Part shown: positions 25,657 to 38,736 of the stretch, one piece after another
Numbering within the stretch: the first letter of the stretch is position 1
How the letters are laid out: each line of letters begins with the position of its first letter
Assembly (NCBI GenBank): GCA_951406725.2
Contig: OX597822.1
Coordinates: 75,516,001-75,580,000 of the forward strand
Length of the DNA stretch: 64,000 nt
DNA from: Octopus vulgaris
Lineage: Eukaryota
Direction of reading: 5' to 3'
The notes under the pieces: generated by a model
The model's database searches: none
What the model was told of the DNA's origin: nothing
Seen by the model: the letters and a program-made list of their open reading frames with translations, nothing else
Position numbers and translations under genes: made by a program

Positions 25657-26582
25657 ATCCTTTCTCTGAAATTTGGGGGAATGGATCAAGTCGCTTACAT
25701 CGAGCTCAGTGCTCAGCCGTTACTCATTTCATCGACTGGTACTTATTTTGTAAAATCCGAAAGGATGGAATGCAAAAAGGAGCTCAGCTGAATTAGGTCT
25801 CAGCACGGAAAGATGGACGAAATACCGCGAAGAATTTTGCGCTCCGTGCTAACGATTCTGCCAGCGCGTTGTATTATGATAATGATTATAGTAATTATTT
25901 CTACTATAGGCACAAATGCCTGAAATTTTGGGCGAAGGGACTAGTCGATTACATCGACCCCAGTGTTGCACTGGTACTTAATTTATCAACCACGAAAGGA
26001 GAAAAGGTGAAACTGACCTCGGCGGAATTGGAACTCAGAACGTAAAAATGAACGAAACGCCACTAAGCATTTTGTCCGACGTGCTAACGATTCTGACAGC
26101 TCACTGTTTTGTTATAATAATCCTTTCTATCATAAGCACAAGGCCTGAAATCTTGGAGAAGGGGACAAGTTGATTATGGCGACTCCAGTGTTTCACTGGT
26201 ACCTAATTTATCGACTCCGATGGGATAAAAGGTGAAGACGACCTCGGTGGAATTAGAACTCAGAACGTAACGGCAGACAAAATACCGTAAAACATTTCGC
26301 CCGGCGTCCTAACAATTCTGCCAGCTTTGTTATAATAATCCCTGCGTGCTAACGATTCTTATCTCTTTACTGCCCACAAGGGGCTAAACATAGAGGGGAC
26401 GAACAAGGGCAGACAAAGGGATTAAGCCTATTATATCGACCTCAGTGCGTAACTGGTACTTAATATATCGACCCCGAAAGGATGAAAGGCAAAGTCGACG
26501 TCGGCGGAATTTGAACTCAGAACGTAAAGGCAGACGAAATACTGCTAAACATTTCGCCCGGCGTCCTAACGATTCTGCCAGT
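25657..26582 (-). mobile_element. Head-to-tail array of about four SINE A monomers of differing divergence
   Basis: Repeated AACGATTCTGCCAG heads near 25860, 26100, 26320 and 26580. Confidence 0.8.
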
Positions 26583-26826
26583 GCGATGCTTTGTTATGAT
26601 TATTACAATAATGACAATAATGTTAATGATAACGACCACGATAATAATGATGACGATATTGGTAATAATTAAGAAAACGATGACGAATAACAACGAATGA
26701 CATCGACTTGCCCCAAAACAATATAATTTGGGACGACACGATGAGATAACCGAAGTGCAACATTGGAAACCATGTGAACAGTGGAGTTTAGAGAGAGGAA
26801 GGATGTGGAATGAATATAAACAGTTC

Positions 26827-26861
<35 letters not shown>

Positions 26862-26867
<6 letters not shown>

Positions 26868-27085
26868 TATTCAGACAAATACATAACAAAAACACCAGGA
26901 CTTACAAACACATATAACATACAGAAAATTGCACTACTAGGCACTGCACACATCCTACGCAGAACACTTTCCATACAATAACCATCAGAGCATCACAACA
27001 AATCACAGCACATACCCAAGCCACACAGAGCTGCGCTCGGTAGTGAAGTGAATGCACGCTATAAAAATAAAACTACTGAATAATG
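26862..27085 (+). mobile_element. 5'-truncated R4/Dong-like 3' end within (TAA)n
   Basis: YNIQKIALLGTAHILRRTL plus a 3' UTR matching 7145-7405. Confidence 0.75.
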
Positions 27086-27117
27086 ATAATAATAATAATA
27101 ATAATAATAATAATTCT

Positions 27118-27300
27118 TTTTACTATAGGCACAGGACCTGGCAGGGGAGAAGTTGATTACATCGATCCCAGTGTTTCACTGGTACTTAAATTATCGACCC
27201 CAAAAGAATGAGAGACAAAGTCAACCTCGGTGGAATTTGAACTCAAATGCCACTAAGCATTTTGCCCGGCGCTCTAACGGTTCTGCCAGCTCACCGCCTC
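27118..27300 (-). mobile_element. SINE A monomer, internally deleted
   Basis: Reverse complement GGCGGTGAGCTGGCAGAACCGTTAGAGCG. Confidence 0.7.
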
Positions 27301-27311
27301 ACTACTACTAC

Positions 27312-27433
<122 letters not shown>

Positions 27434-27454
27434 GTAATAATAATAATAATAATA

Positions 27455-28055
27455 TTGGTGACATAAAATCAAAGCTTGCTTACCAGAAAGTATCAGGTCA
27501 ATGTTCTTCAAGATGGTTCTGACCCTGAATGCAGATTCTGCAACACTTTTAATGAAACAATAAACCATAGCGTTTCAGGACGTCCTTTGCTGACATCAAG
27601 GGAATACAAAAATATCCACGATAGCGTAGGAGAGTATGTGCATTGGAAAATTTGTAAACACTACAAAAACTTACTGGTATCAAAATTAATCCTGAGCCAG
27701 TTGTCACTATCCTCTGGGATTTTCCAGTCAACACTAACATGCTAATCGACCACAAATTAATTATAAAAGCAGGGAATAAAATACTTGTAAATTAATAGAT
27801 GTAAGTATTCGCACTGATAAAAATACATTTATAAAAAAATTTGACAAAGTAATTAAATATAAGGACCTGGTAATTGAACTACAAAAGATATGGCATCTTA
27901 AAGCAAGAACTGTTCCTGTTATTGTAGGTGCCCTAGGTATGATAAAAAAAGGGATGTCAGAAACATCTAGATAACATCCCAGGAGAACCATGTCGCAGAG
28001 AAATTCAAAAGATTGAACTGCCAAATAGTGCCCACATCCTTAGAAAAGCCTTATA
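27455..28055 (+). mobile_element. R4/Dong-like zinc knuckle plus RLE fragment after (TAA)n
   Basis: CRFCNTFNETINHSVSG..L...EYKNIHD, ILWDFPV, LIDVSI...KYKDLVIELQKIWHLKARTVPVIVGALGMIKKG. Confidence 0.8.
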
Positions 28056-28189
28056 AATTTAATGATTGTGTTATATTACGTGAAGATATTTTGCTATTGC
28101 CCCTTCTACTTCCCTTCCCCTTAAGCTTTCAGTCATACTGTAACATCACTTATCCTTCACTCGCCCTAAGAGGCTGGGTGTATCTCGGC

Positions 28190-28236
28190 CTTATTAGTGG
28201 ATTTGGTAGAAGGAAACTGAAAGAAGGTCGTCGTAT

Positions 28237-28300
<64 letters not shown>

Positions 28301-28375
28301 TATGTATATATGTATGTATGTATGTATTATGTATGTATGTATGTATGTATGTATGTATGTATGTATGTATGTATG

Positions 28376-28406
<31 letters not shown>

Positions 28407-28620
28407 TTGTGTGTCTGATTTGTCTCCCCACCACCGCTAGACAATCGATGTTGATTTGTTTACGTTCCCGTAACTAAGCTGTTCGGCAAAAGACAACCGG
28501 TAGAATAAGTACTAGGCTTATAAAGAATATGTTCTGGAGTCAATTTGTTGGACTGAAAAGTATGAGCCTCAGCATGACCGCAGAAAAATGACTGAAACAA
28601 GTAAAAAATAAAAGAATGAA
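28190..28620 (+). mobile_element. SINE B, 5'-truncated
   Basis: GTGGATTTGGTAGAAGGAAACTGAAAGAAGG, microsatellite, ATGACTGAAACAAGTAAAA. Confidence 0.75.
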
Positions 28621-28679
28621 AGCATACATAAATACATATGTATGCATACATATATATAGTCTATATATATATATTAATA

Positions 28680-28793
<114 letters not shown>

Positions 28794-28950
28794 TGTATAT
28801 ATATATTGACATATATAAACATATATATATATATAGATAGATATATGTATATATATATATGTATATATATTTATATATGTATATATATATATATATTACA
28901 AAATATTTGGTGAAATTGATTAATAACTAATTAATTTTACCCTCAATTGT

Positions 28951-28999
<49 letters not shown>

Positions 29000-29107
29000 C
29001 TTACAGACATACACGATGATCATGAGGCGGCTATTGATGGTGATGACAATAGTGGTAGTGATGACAACGTTGATGGTGGTGATGGTGATGTAGATAACGA
29101 GTATGAC

Positions 29108-29142
<35 letters not shown>

Positions 29143-29850
29143 TCGTACTGATGGTGATGTTGCTGTAGTTGTTGCTGACTGCTCAATAACATCGCCGACC
29201 TGCTCGAACGAAAACAAACGTAAACGAACAAACAGCTGTAGCAAGAAGAAGGTGAAGAAGGAGGAGGAGGAGAAGAAGAAGAAGAAGAAGGTGAAGAAGG
29301 AGAAGAAGAAGAAGAAGAAGAAGAAGAAGAAGAAGAAGAAGAAGAAGAAGAAGAACAACAACAACAACAACAACAACAACAGTAGCTGTAGCAGTAGCAG
29401 CAGCAGCAAAATTATCAAGAAAACCGGAAACCAATATCGAGATGGACATTCATTGGAATGTCTTTGAACAAAAATCTGCTCGATCAGGAATGGCCCGTAT
29501 TTTTAATCGTAACAAGATCGTCGTTATCATCATCATCATCATTATCATCAACGCCACCACCAACAACAACATCAACAAGGAGAGCCGACATTCGTGTTCT
29601 TCATCGGATCCCTAAATCAACAACACAAGGAACACGAAGATAATTCAATTTTGGAATTGAATTTTTGTTTACTGTAAATATACACTTTCTAAATATTAAA
29701 TACTCAATATTTGATACGCACGAAATTTTCCTCGTTTATTTACATAAAGAATACAACATTTCTTCCCTTTTATGCAGCTACGAAATTAATATCCATCTTT
29801 AAAGCTACAAACAAAAGTTACATTTATAAATATGTGTGTGGTTATGTACG

Positions 29851-29908
<58 letters not shown>

Positions 29909-30030
29909 GTATACATATATATATGATAATATAATATTAATATGTTAATGTATATGTATGATATATGTGTTTATATGTATGTATGAATATATATATATAT
30001 AAACATCTGCATCTCTCTCTTTCTCTTTCT

Positions 30031-30086
<56 letters not shown>

Positions 30087-30191
30087 GTGCGTCTGTCTAT
30101 ATGTATATACATATATATATGTATATGTCTATACATATAAACATGTATACATATGTATATGTATAATATATATGTTTATATGTATGTATGA

Positions 30192-30231
<40 letters not shown>

Positions 30232-32007
30232 ATAAACATCTGCATCTCTCTCTCCCTCTTTCTCTCTTTATATATATACTGATTTTTGCAGTGACGAGCG
30301 TAAGGTCGTGGGTTCGATTTCAGGAGCAAAGTCTTCATTTCACGTTATTCCACTCCACACAGCTGCAAATGCTCACATGCTTATGCATATATACACACGT
30401 ATATGTACATACTCACATCAAAAGAGCTCGATAGAATAAGTACTAGGCTTACAAAGAATAAGTCCTGGCGGGTGATTTGTTCGAGTAAAGGTGGTGCTCC
30501 ATCATGGCCGCAGTCAAATGACTGAAACAAATAGAGGAATAAAAGAACATGTAAATGTGTGTGCATGTGTGTAATTGTGTGTGTATTCGGAGAAGTGTGT
30601 CCGTATCCTCACCTGTATTTATGTTTATCAGCGTAATCCGAGCGTCCTGTAAGAGATAAGCTAACGCGGTGTTCGATAAATAGAAATCAATAAAAATATG
30701 CAAGATTGAAAGTTGTACTGGAATAGATATTTTCGACTAAAAGTATATGGAAGTGATACCTCAGCATGACCAAAATGTAATGATCATAGCCAGAAGGATA
30801 AATAAAGAATCAAATGTGTAAAAATGAAACCCAAAACAGTAAAAAAGATAGCGGGTGTTGTTAGATAAGTTCGTTTATCTTATTCCAATTGTCTCTTTCG
30901 CTCGGAGCTTCTGTGACCCATACATCGAGTTTTGGGAGCCCTTTCATCGAGTGAATGTGACGGTATGATGAGAGCATCTGATCTGTTAGGCCTGTTCCCT
31001 AGTAGATTGGCGCGGATTCTTGTGTTTGATCTCGTTCAATTGAATATTACTGAAGTTAACAGTTTAGCTCGAATATGAGGTTGACTTTCTCCGACTCAAA
31101 ATGTGGAAACCATTTTCGTGTAGTTCTTTCAGTTATAGAGCATTCTCCGTACACAACACAAATGTCTCGATCGGCTTTGATAAATTTTTCTCCATGACTA
31201 AAAGCGAGGAGAAGAAGATGCTCTTTTTTTTTTACCCGCTTGGCACTCCATCACTATATATCTGCAAAAAGGTAAAAAATTATTCAAATTTCAAAACCGA
31301 TGAACAAAAGTTGTAGAGGAATAAAGCTAAAACTAAAAATAATAATAATAAAAAAACATCATAAAGCTCTACGATGAAAATACCTATCGTACCAATTCAA
31401 ATAACATTCGTAAGAAACGAACGAATCTATTTGACGACTCGCTACATATCACACAGTCGCATGTAAGTCGTATGAATAACATCGCAGATGAAGTATACTT
31501 ATTTTCGACCAGAATATACAATGTGACTATATACAGCACACGTCTACGCTTAAACATGAACAGTAGTAACATCAGTACATTAACGGATTTTTAGCATGTG
31601 ATCTTTACCGAAATTCCACAAGCGATCCAAGAGCTGGTGTCCTTACCGCCAATTTTATCAGCAAGCGACTAGAAAGGAAGTTTCTGGAAATTAAACGAGT
31701 CTGTTATCTACACAACAAACTTATTTTCGGCACAAGTTGGGGAAGTAAGCACCGATCCTCGATTTACTGGAAATTGTGAAGCTAGCTGGGTGGCTGGTTG
31801 GCTGGTTGGCTGGCTGGCTGGCTGACACGGCTTCAATCACTGCTGATAGTTCTTTGATCTCGTCAAAAGCAGACATATTAGTTACTAAACCAATTTCAAT
31901 ATATTCGTTTTAAAGATATCGCAAACGGGAGGTGCACTTCAGCGAAATAACCACTGAGGTACTCCGTCAATAGGAATGGAATAAAGAGAGCAACATCATC
32001 ATCATCA

Positions 32008-32042
<35 letters not shown>

Positions 32043-32111
32043 ATCATCGTCATTATCGTCATCATCATCGACATCATCCTCATCATCATCATCGTCATCA
32101 TCGTCATCATC

Positions 32112-32160
<49 letters not shown>

Positions 32161-33064
32161 CCATCATCATCATGGCTATCATCGTCGTCATCATCATAAT
32201 CATCATTGTCGTCGTCGTCGTCATCGTCGTCATCTTCACCACCACCATCATCATCATCATCATCATCTTTAACATCGTCATCATCGTCATCATCATCATC
32301 AAGGTTATCGTTGTCATCATCATTATCCTCATCCTCATCCTCCTCCCCATCATCATCATCCTCATACTCCTCATCCTCCCTCTCCTCCTCCTCATCAATA
32401 ACGACATCAGAAAATACATTTTGGTTTTAATGTTGAGCATAGGGCCAGCAACTTTTGTGGGGAGGGGTGAGTCGATTACATCGATCCTCATCGATCCTAG
32501 AGCTGGAAAGTAAACTCTATCTTGGCGGTATTTGAACTCAGAGCGTATTGCATTGGAAGACAGCGCTAAGAATTTTCTCTGTCAAAGAGATGATCTGTGT
32601 AAAGGAAAATCTGAAAACTGTGATCACCTGCTCAACAACAAGGAACCACTAGTTATGCCGCAACATCAGCGCATGTCTACGCATCGTCAATCACAGCATG
32701 TCCAGTCCGTCACACAGTTGATATTAACATCAAATGAAGTGCGTGACAAGTAGAGCACGTTTATTCCGCAGAAAGCGGAAGATCAGGCGATCAAAGCTGC
32801 TCAAAAGTGAACTGGAGCAAGGCACGACGGTCGGGTGGCAATATATGAACTCGCCACTTCTGCCCAAGCATTCAGGAAAAACTTTTTCTTTCAGGTTGAG
32901 ATCGGCCACTCTGCTCGTCATGTCCTATTTCTTCTCTCGTTAGCGACCTGGACTGTAATATTTTGGCCGTGGTGCCCTGCATTTGTTAGTATCGGAACCA
33001 TTGATATATTACTTCAGATGTTAGACTAAAAAGTCTGTGGCTACTTTTACTTTCACTTCATTTC

Positions 33065-33151
<87 letters not shown>

Positions 33152-33242
33152 TAGTAGTAGTAACAGAAGTATTAGTAGTGGCAGCAGTAGTAGTAATAGT
33201 AGTGGTAGTAATAGCAGCAGCAGTGATGGCGGCGGCGACGGC

Positions 33243-33305
<63 letters not shown>

Positions 33306-34234
33306 GGTGGTGGTGGTGGTGGTGGTGGTGATGGTAGTAGTAGTAGTAGTAGTAGTAGTAGTAACAACACAAGGAATTATGAACCGTCAGATAAAATATA
33401 GACGGCAACCGTTTTTCTGTCAAACATCAGACGAGATGTTTAAGATGCAACAGAAGAAATTAACAGTGTGCAGCAATAAGTGATGCGAGAGGAGGTAGTA
33501 ATGGTTGATTGTAGCACATGACAAGGTATGTAACCTCTTCAGGCCTCAATGAATACAAACCACCAATCAGACGGTGACATTCAGACAGATAATCTAATGG
33601 TAAACGAAATAAAAGACAGTCTCAGAGACAAGAAAGTATATTGAGAGAATATCGTGTCTAACAGTAAGTCATTATCGAAGAAAACTTCGAAAAGTGTTGA
33701 AAAGTGCCATAAAGAATTCTTGAGAAAGTCTTAAAGCAATAATCAAAACACATGAAATATATGCCACAGATTTCAGCCATTTGATCTCTTCTACAATTAG
33801 TAGTGATAGCGATAACGAAAGTGAAAGTATAATACAGAGATTCGATAGGAAAGGAAATACTACCAATACGTAACTTCAGATGATAAATATAAAATCTTAC
33901 TCAAAAGTTAGTAAACACAGAAAGGAGCTTGCAATAATAAAGGACACTAAAGTAGAAAGAAGAGTGTGCATATAAAACAAAAATGGGAGATAATGCAATG
34001 TGAAGACGAGATACGAGGGACGGTAGATGTTAGAGATGTCAGAATAGATCCAAACGAAGTACGGAACTAGATCGGAGGGGAGACAATGCACAATGCTATT
34101 CATTTAGCTACCGTGTAATTAACAAGTATGGGGTTTCGAATGAGTTAAGACTCCTTTCGTCGTAACTTGGACAAACGTGTTCTATGAATTGGTAGACGAG
34201 ATTAGTGATATATATATATATATATATATAACTT

Positions 34235-34316
34235 GAGCAAGTGTTTCCTACTATAGCGTTGGGCCGACCAAAGCCTTGTGTCTGGATTTGGTAGACGGAA
34301 ACTAAAAAAAAGCCCG

Positions 34317-34354
<38 letters not shown>

Positions 34355-34578
34355 ATGTATGTATTTGTTCTTTGTGTCTGTGTTTGTTCTCATAACATCA
34401 CTTGACATCCGATGTCGGTATGTTTACGTCCCAGTCACTTAGCGGTTTGGCATAAAGAGCCCGATACAATGAACACTAGGCTTACAAAGAATAAGTCCTG
34501 GGTCAATTTGTTCGACTAAATGTGGTGCTCCAGCATGGCCGCAGTCAAATGACTGAAACAAGTAAAAGAGTAAACGAA
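34235..34578 (+). mobile_element. SINE B, 5'-truncated
   Basis: Standard SINE B body and tail GGTGCTCCAGCATGGCCGCAGTCAAATGACTGAAACAAGTAAAAGAG. Confidence 0.8.
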
Positions 34579-34844
34579 TATGTGTGTGTGTGTCTGTATG
34601 TATGTGTATGTATGTGTATCCGTATGTTGGTATTTGGTTAAGAGAGACGATGAGGAATAGCTAGAGGAATATTGAATTAAATCTGATAACCAGTTGATCT
34701 TGCGTGTGGGACCTTATTTTAGTAAGAGGAGATGATGGACAATGATGCTGTCGAGAGGTAGGCCCCGAAACGACGCGCAATCTTTCCTGATGGCCCCATA
34801 AATTTACTGATATGCGGAGCTTTCAGCTGGTAGCACTTATATAT

Positions 34845-34997
34845 TTCTTTCCGTTTCTGTCTACCAAATCCACTCACAAGTCTTTCATCGTCCCGAGGCT
34901 ATAATACGAGACACTTGCCCAAGATTCCACGCAGTGGGACTGAACCCGGAACCATACGGTTGGGAAGCAAGCTTCTTACCATACAGCCACACCTGCG

Positions 34998-35000
<3 letters not shown>
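34845..35000 (-). mobile_element. SINE B 5' half
   Basis: Reverse complement AGGCGCAGGTGTGGCTGTATGGTAAGAAGCTTGCTTCCC. Confidence 0.8.
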
Positions 35001-35035
<35 letters not shown>

Positions 35036-35210
35036 TATGATGTGTGTGAACAAAGTTTGATTTTTTAAAAGCGTTGAGATGTATAGAAATATACAAATAT
35101 GGAAATATTTTACTCTCAAATGCATAATAGTAATGCTGAATAGCATAAATAGGATAGAACATCCTTATATTGCAGAAGAATTTGTTGCGTTTGACTGTAA
35201 AATTTTTCCA

Positions 35211-35277
<67 letters not shown>

Positions 35278-35397
35278 ACAATCAAGGAACGGCCATAATA
35301 GGCCATTCACCCACTAGAAATAACAGCCAAAAGCTTTAACCGCAAAATAACGTTAATTCCGTAAACCAGGAGAAAATTGAAAAACATTTACCCTGTA

Positions 35398-35504
35398 ATT
35401 TCTTAGACGATGCACCGTTTCATCTTCTGTTTAATGGAAAACTAACCTGATTAAATTAAATCAAGCCAATCTACCATAGGCCCTTAGAATCATCAGTAAG
35501 AAAT
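35398..35504 (-). ncRNA. Type I hammerhead ribozyme, monomer 1
   Basis: Reverse complement of the motif at 37018-37124. Confidence 0.75.
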
Positions 35505-35891
35505 AGCCAAGCCGGAACAGATATTTTTCACGAGGCATTCTCGTTGCTACCTCGTCAATATCTGACCTAAAATTTTCAAATCGTCGCACTCGCGCCAAAT
35601 TTATCGGCAGCAAATAAATATAAGCCGCCGATTCCATTACGGAATTAACCAGAAAATTCATAATTAATCAATATAGGGTGGCAAAAAAAAAATTTTGTAG
35701 AATTCTTTTGCCACCAGCGGCCTAGTGGGAAAAAATTAAATAATCATAAACTATTTTTAAGTTCAACATCAACAATCAAGGAACGGCCATAATAGGCCAT
35801 TCACCCACTAGAAATAACAGCCAAAAGCTTTAACCGCAAAATAACGTTAATTCCGTAAACCAGGAGAAAATTGAAAAACATTTACCCTGTA

Positions 35892-35998
35892 ATTTCTTAG
35901 ACGATGCACCGTTTCATCTTCTGTTTAATGGAAAACTAACCTGATTAAATTAAATCAAGCCAATCTACCATAGGCCCTTAGAATCATCAGTAAGAAAT
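35892..35998 (-). ncRNA. Type I hammerhead ribozyme, monomer 2
   Basis: Reverse complement of the motif at 37018-37124. Confidence 0.75.
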
Positions 35999-36382
35999 AG
36001 CCAAGCCGGAACAGATATTTTTCACGAGGCATTCTCGTTGCTACCTCGTCAATATCTGACCTAAAATTTTCAAATCGTCGCACTCGCGCCAAATTTATCG
36101 GCAGCAAATAAATATAAGCCGCCGATTCCATTACGGAATTAACCAGAAAATTCATAATTAATCAATATAGGGTGGCAAAAAAAATTTTGTAGAATTCTTT
36201 TGCCACCAGCGGCCTAGTGGGAAAAAATTAAATAGTCATAAACTATTTTTAAGTTCAACATCAACAATCAAGGAACGGCCATAATAGGCCATTCACCCAC
36301 TAGAAATAACAGCCAAAAGCTTTAACCGCAAAATAACGTCAATTCCGTAAACCAGGAGAAAATTGAAAACATTTACCCTGTA

Positions 36383-36489
36383 ATTTCTTAGACGATGCAC
36401 CGTTTCATCTTCTGTTTAATGGAAAACTAACCTGATTAAATTAAATCAAGCCAATCTACCATAGGCCCTTAGAATCATCAGTAAGAAAT
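36383..36489 (-). ncRNA. Type I hammerhead ribozyme, monomer 3
   Basis: Reverse complement of the motif at 37018-37124. Confidence 0.75.
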
Positions 36490-37017
36490 AGCCAAGCCGA
36501 ACAGATATTTTTCACGAGGCATTCTCGTTGCTACCTCGTCAATATCTGATCTAAAATTTTCAAATCGTCGCACTCGCGCCAAATTTATCGGCAGCAAATA
36601 AATATAAGCCGCCGATTCCATTAGGAATTAACCAGAAAATTCATAATTAATCAATATAGGGTGGCAAAAAAAAATTTTGTAGAATTCTTTTTGCCACCAG
36701 CGGCCTAGTGGGAAAAAATTAAATAGTCATAAACTATTTTTAAGAATTCTACAAAATTTTTTTTTGCCACCCTATATTGATTAATTAAATAATTAAATAG
36801 TCATAAACTATTTTTAAGAATTCTACAAAATTTTTTTTTGCCACCCTATATTGATTAATTATGAATTTTCTGGTTAATTCCGTAATGGAATCGGCGGCTT
36901 ATATTTATTTGCTGCCGATAAATTTGGCGCGAGTGCGACGATTTGAAAATTTTAGGTCAGATATTGACGAGGTAGCAACGAGAATGCCTCGTGAAAAATA
37001 TCTGTTCCGGCTTGGCT

Positions 37018-37124
37018 ATTTCTTACTGATGATTCTAAGGGCCTATGGTAGATTGGCTTGATTTAATTTAATCAGGTTAGTTTTCCATTAAACAGAAGAT
37101 GAAACGGTGCATCGTCTAAGAAAT
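37018..37124 (+). ncRNA. Type I hammerhead ribozyme with long stem II, inverted monomer
   Basis: AUUUCUUA-CUGAUGA-(68-nt stem II region)-GAAA-CGGUGCAUCG-UC-UAAGAAAU; perfect 8-bp stem I, predicted cleavage after C37116 (GUC). Confidence 0.75.
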
Positions 37125-37350
37125 TACAGGGTAAATGTTTTTCAATTTTCTCCTGGTTTACGGAATTAACGTTATTTTGCGGTTAAAGCTTTTGGCTGTT
37201 ATTTCTAGTGGGTGAATGGCCTATTATGGCCGTTCCTTGATTGTTGATGTTGAACTTAAAAATAGTTTATGACTATTTAATTTTTTCCCACTAGGCCGCT
37301 GGTGGCAAAAGAATTCTACAAAATTTTTTTTTGCCACCCTATATTGATTA

Positions 37351-37411
<61 letters not shown>

Positions 37412-37655
37412 ATGCGCCCTTTTAAAGCCTAGTCAGGATCATAGGCCCGGTTTCCCGGTTTCAATGGCAGATATGTTCCCCAGCTGGACAGGACTCCAGT
37501 CCATCGCAGCATTACTCATTTTTGCCAGCTGAGTGGACTGGAGCAACGTGAAATGAAGTGTTTTGCTCAAGATCACAACGCGTCGCTCGGTCCAGGAATC
37601 GAAGCCAAAATCTTACGATCATGATGCTGACAACCTTACTAAGCCACGTGCCTTC
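37412..37655 (-). mobile_element. tRNA-derived SINE (CORE/V-like central region)
   Basis: Reverse complement GAAGGCACGTGGCTTAG...TTCGATTCC...CTTGAGCAAAACACTTCATTTCACG...GATGGACTGGAGTCCTGTCCAG. Confidence 0.75.
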
Positions 37656-37696
37656 ACACACACAGACGCACAGACACACACATACATATATATGGC

Positions 37697-37737
<41 letters not shown>

Positions 37738-38274
37738 TACGGAATAGAAGTGTTAAGCAGTGGTGCGTACAAATGCAAACTTGATACCAGTTCAAATAGG
37801 CTTGAGGTATTATCGATTATGCCTCAAGCATATTTGAACTGGTAACAAATTTCCTACACACAAGCTTTATACATACATACATACATACATACATACATAC
37901 ATACATACATACATACATACATACATGCATACATATACGTACGTACCTACATACATACGTACGTACATACATATACATATACATATACATGTATTGGTGT
38001 ATGGTTTTAAACTTTTGTTGGGTACAAATTTATTATTCTTTAACAAGAATTGAGAGTGACTTCGGAGTTTCGTAGTCCGATGTTGCATTGGCTGACCGAC
38101 ATTTTGAATATACTGTTGGTACTATTCTTGTTGAAAAACAAAGTTGACCCTTGGTGGAATTTGAGCTCAGCACGGAGAGAACCGGAAAAGATACAGTTAA
38201 TCATTTTCCCGGACATATATTCCAGAAGTTTCAGACATCTTCAGAATGGATAATTATTAATTTAAAAGAAGTAT

Positions 38275-38680
38275 GACACTCTAGTCTCTTTCAAAGTAGT
38301 ATTCTCTTGCTTCAATGCACGCGTTGTAACACTCCCTCCCCTTCGAGAACCAGCCCCCCAAAGTGAAGAGGTCGAAAACCTTTGTCACAGCCTCCTTCAT
38401 CTTCAAAACGACTGACCTGAGGTTCTCATTCAGTTTGAGGAACAAACAAAAGTTCCAAAGATCAAAGCGTGGACTGTAGTGACGACAAAAGACTGCTTTG
38501 ATACCTATCTCTATCAAATAGTTGGTTACCAGGATGCTTTTCACTGAGGTCACTGGGAGCAAACTTTGCACAAATTTGGCGCATGTACAGGTTTTGATGA
38601 ATAATTTTCTGTCCAGTTGCCACACCAACTCCAAATTGTATATTTACTGTCCCTATAGACACACAACGGTCTTCTTTTAG
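38275..38680 (-). pseudogene. Mariner transposase C-terminal remnant
   Basis: HYSPRFDLWNFCLFLKLNENLR...YNACIEAREYYFE (YSPDL-region motif). Confidence 0.7.
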
Positions 38681-38736
38681 GAAATTGAGAATTTTCTCAA
38701 TTAGCTCTGATCTTCTGACGTCCCTCTCGCTCCTGT

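Larger units (their letters stand above)
35275..37352. mobile_element. Retrozyme-like array: three head-to-tail ~494-bp monomers plus ~1.1 inverted monomer, flanked by (TA)n
   Basis: Monomer starts at 35275, 35769 and 36261 (TCAACAATCAAGGAACGGCC); inverted arm 36817-37352; copies almost identical; one HHR per monomer. Confidence 0.85.

Noticed and set aside
32600-32960. GC-richer block that could be an exon or LTR-retrotransposon fragment
   Set aside because: No diagnostic motif was recognised in any frame, so I cannot support a call without a search.
33500-33550. Minus-strand CUGAAGA-GGUuacauACC hairpin
   Set aside because: No GAAA follows stem II.
35461-35661. 66-aa ORF MNFLVNSVMES... repeated in the 494-bp monomers
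   Set aside because: No recognisable domain, overlaps the ribozyme, and is broken in monomer 3. Its recurrence only reflects the DNA repeat, so it is not called as CDS.
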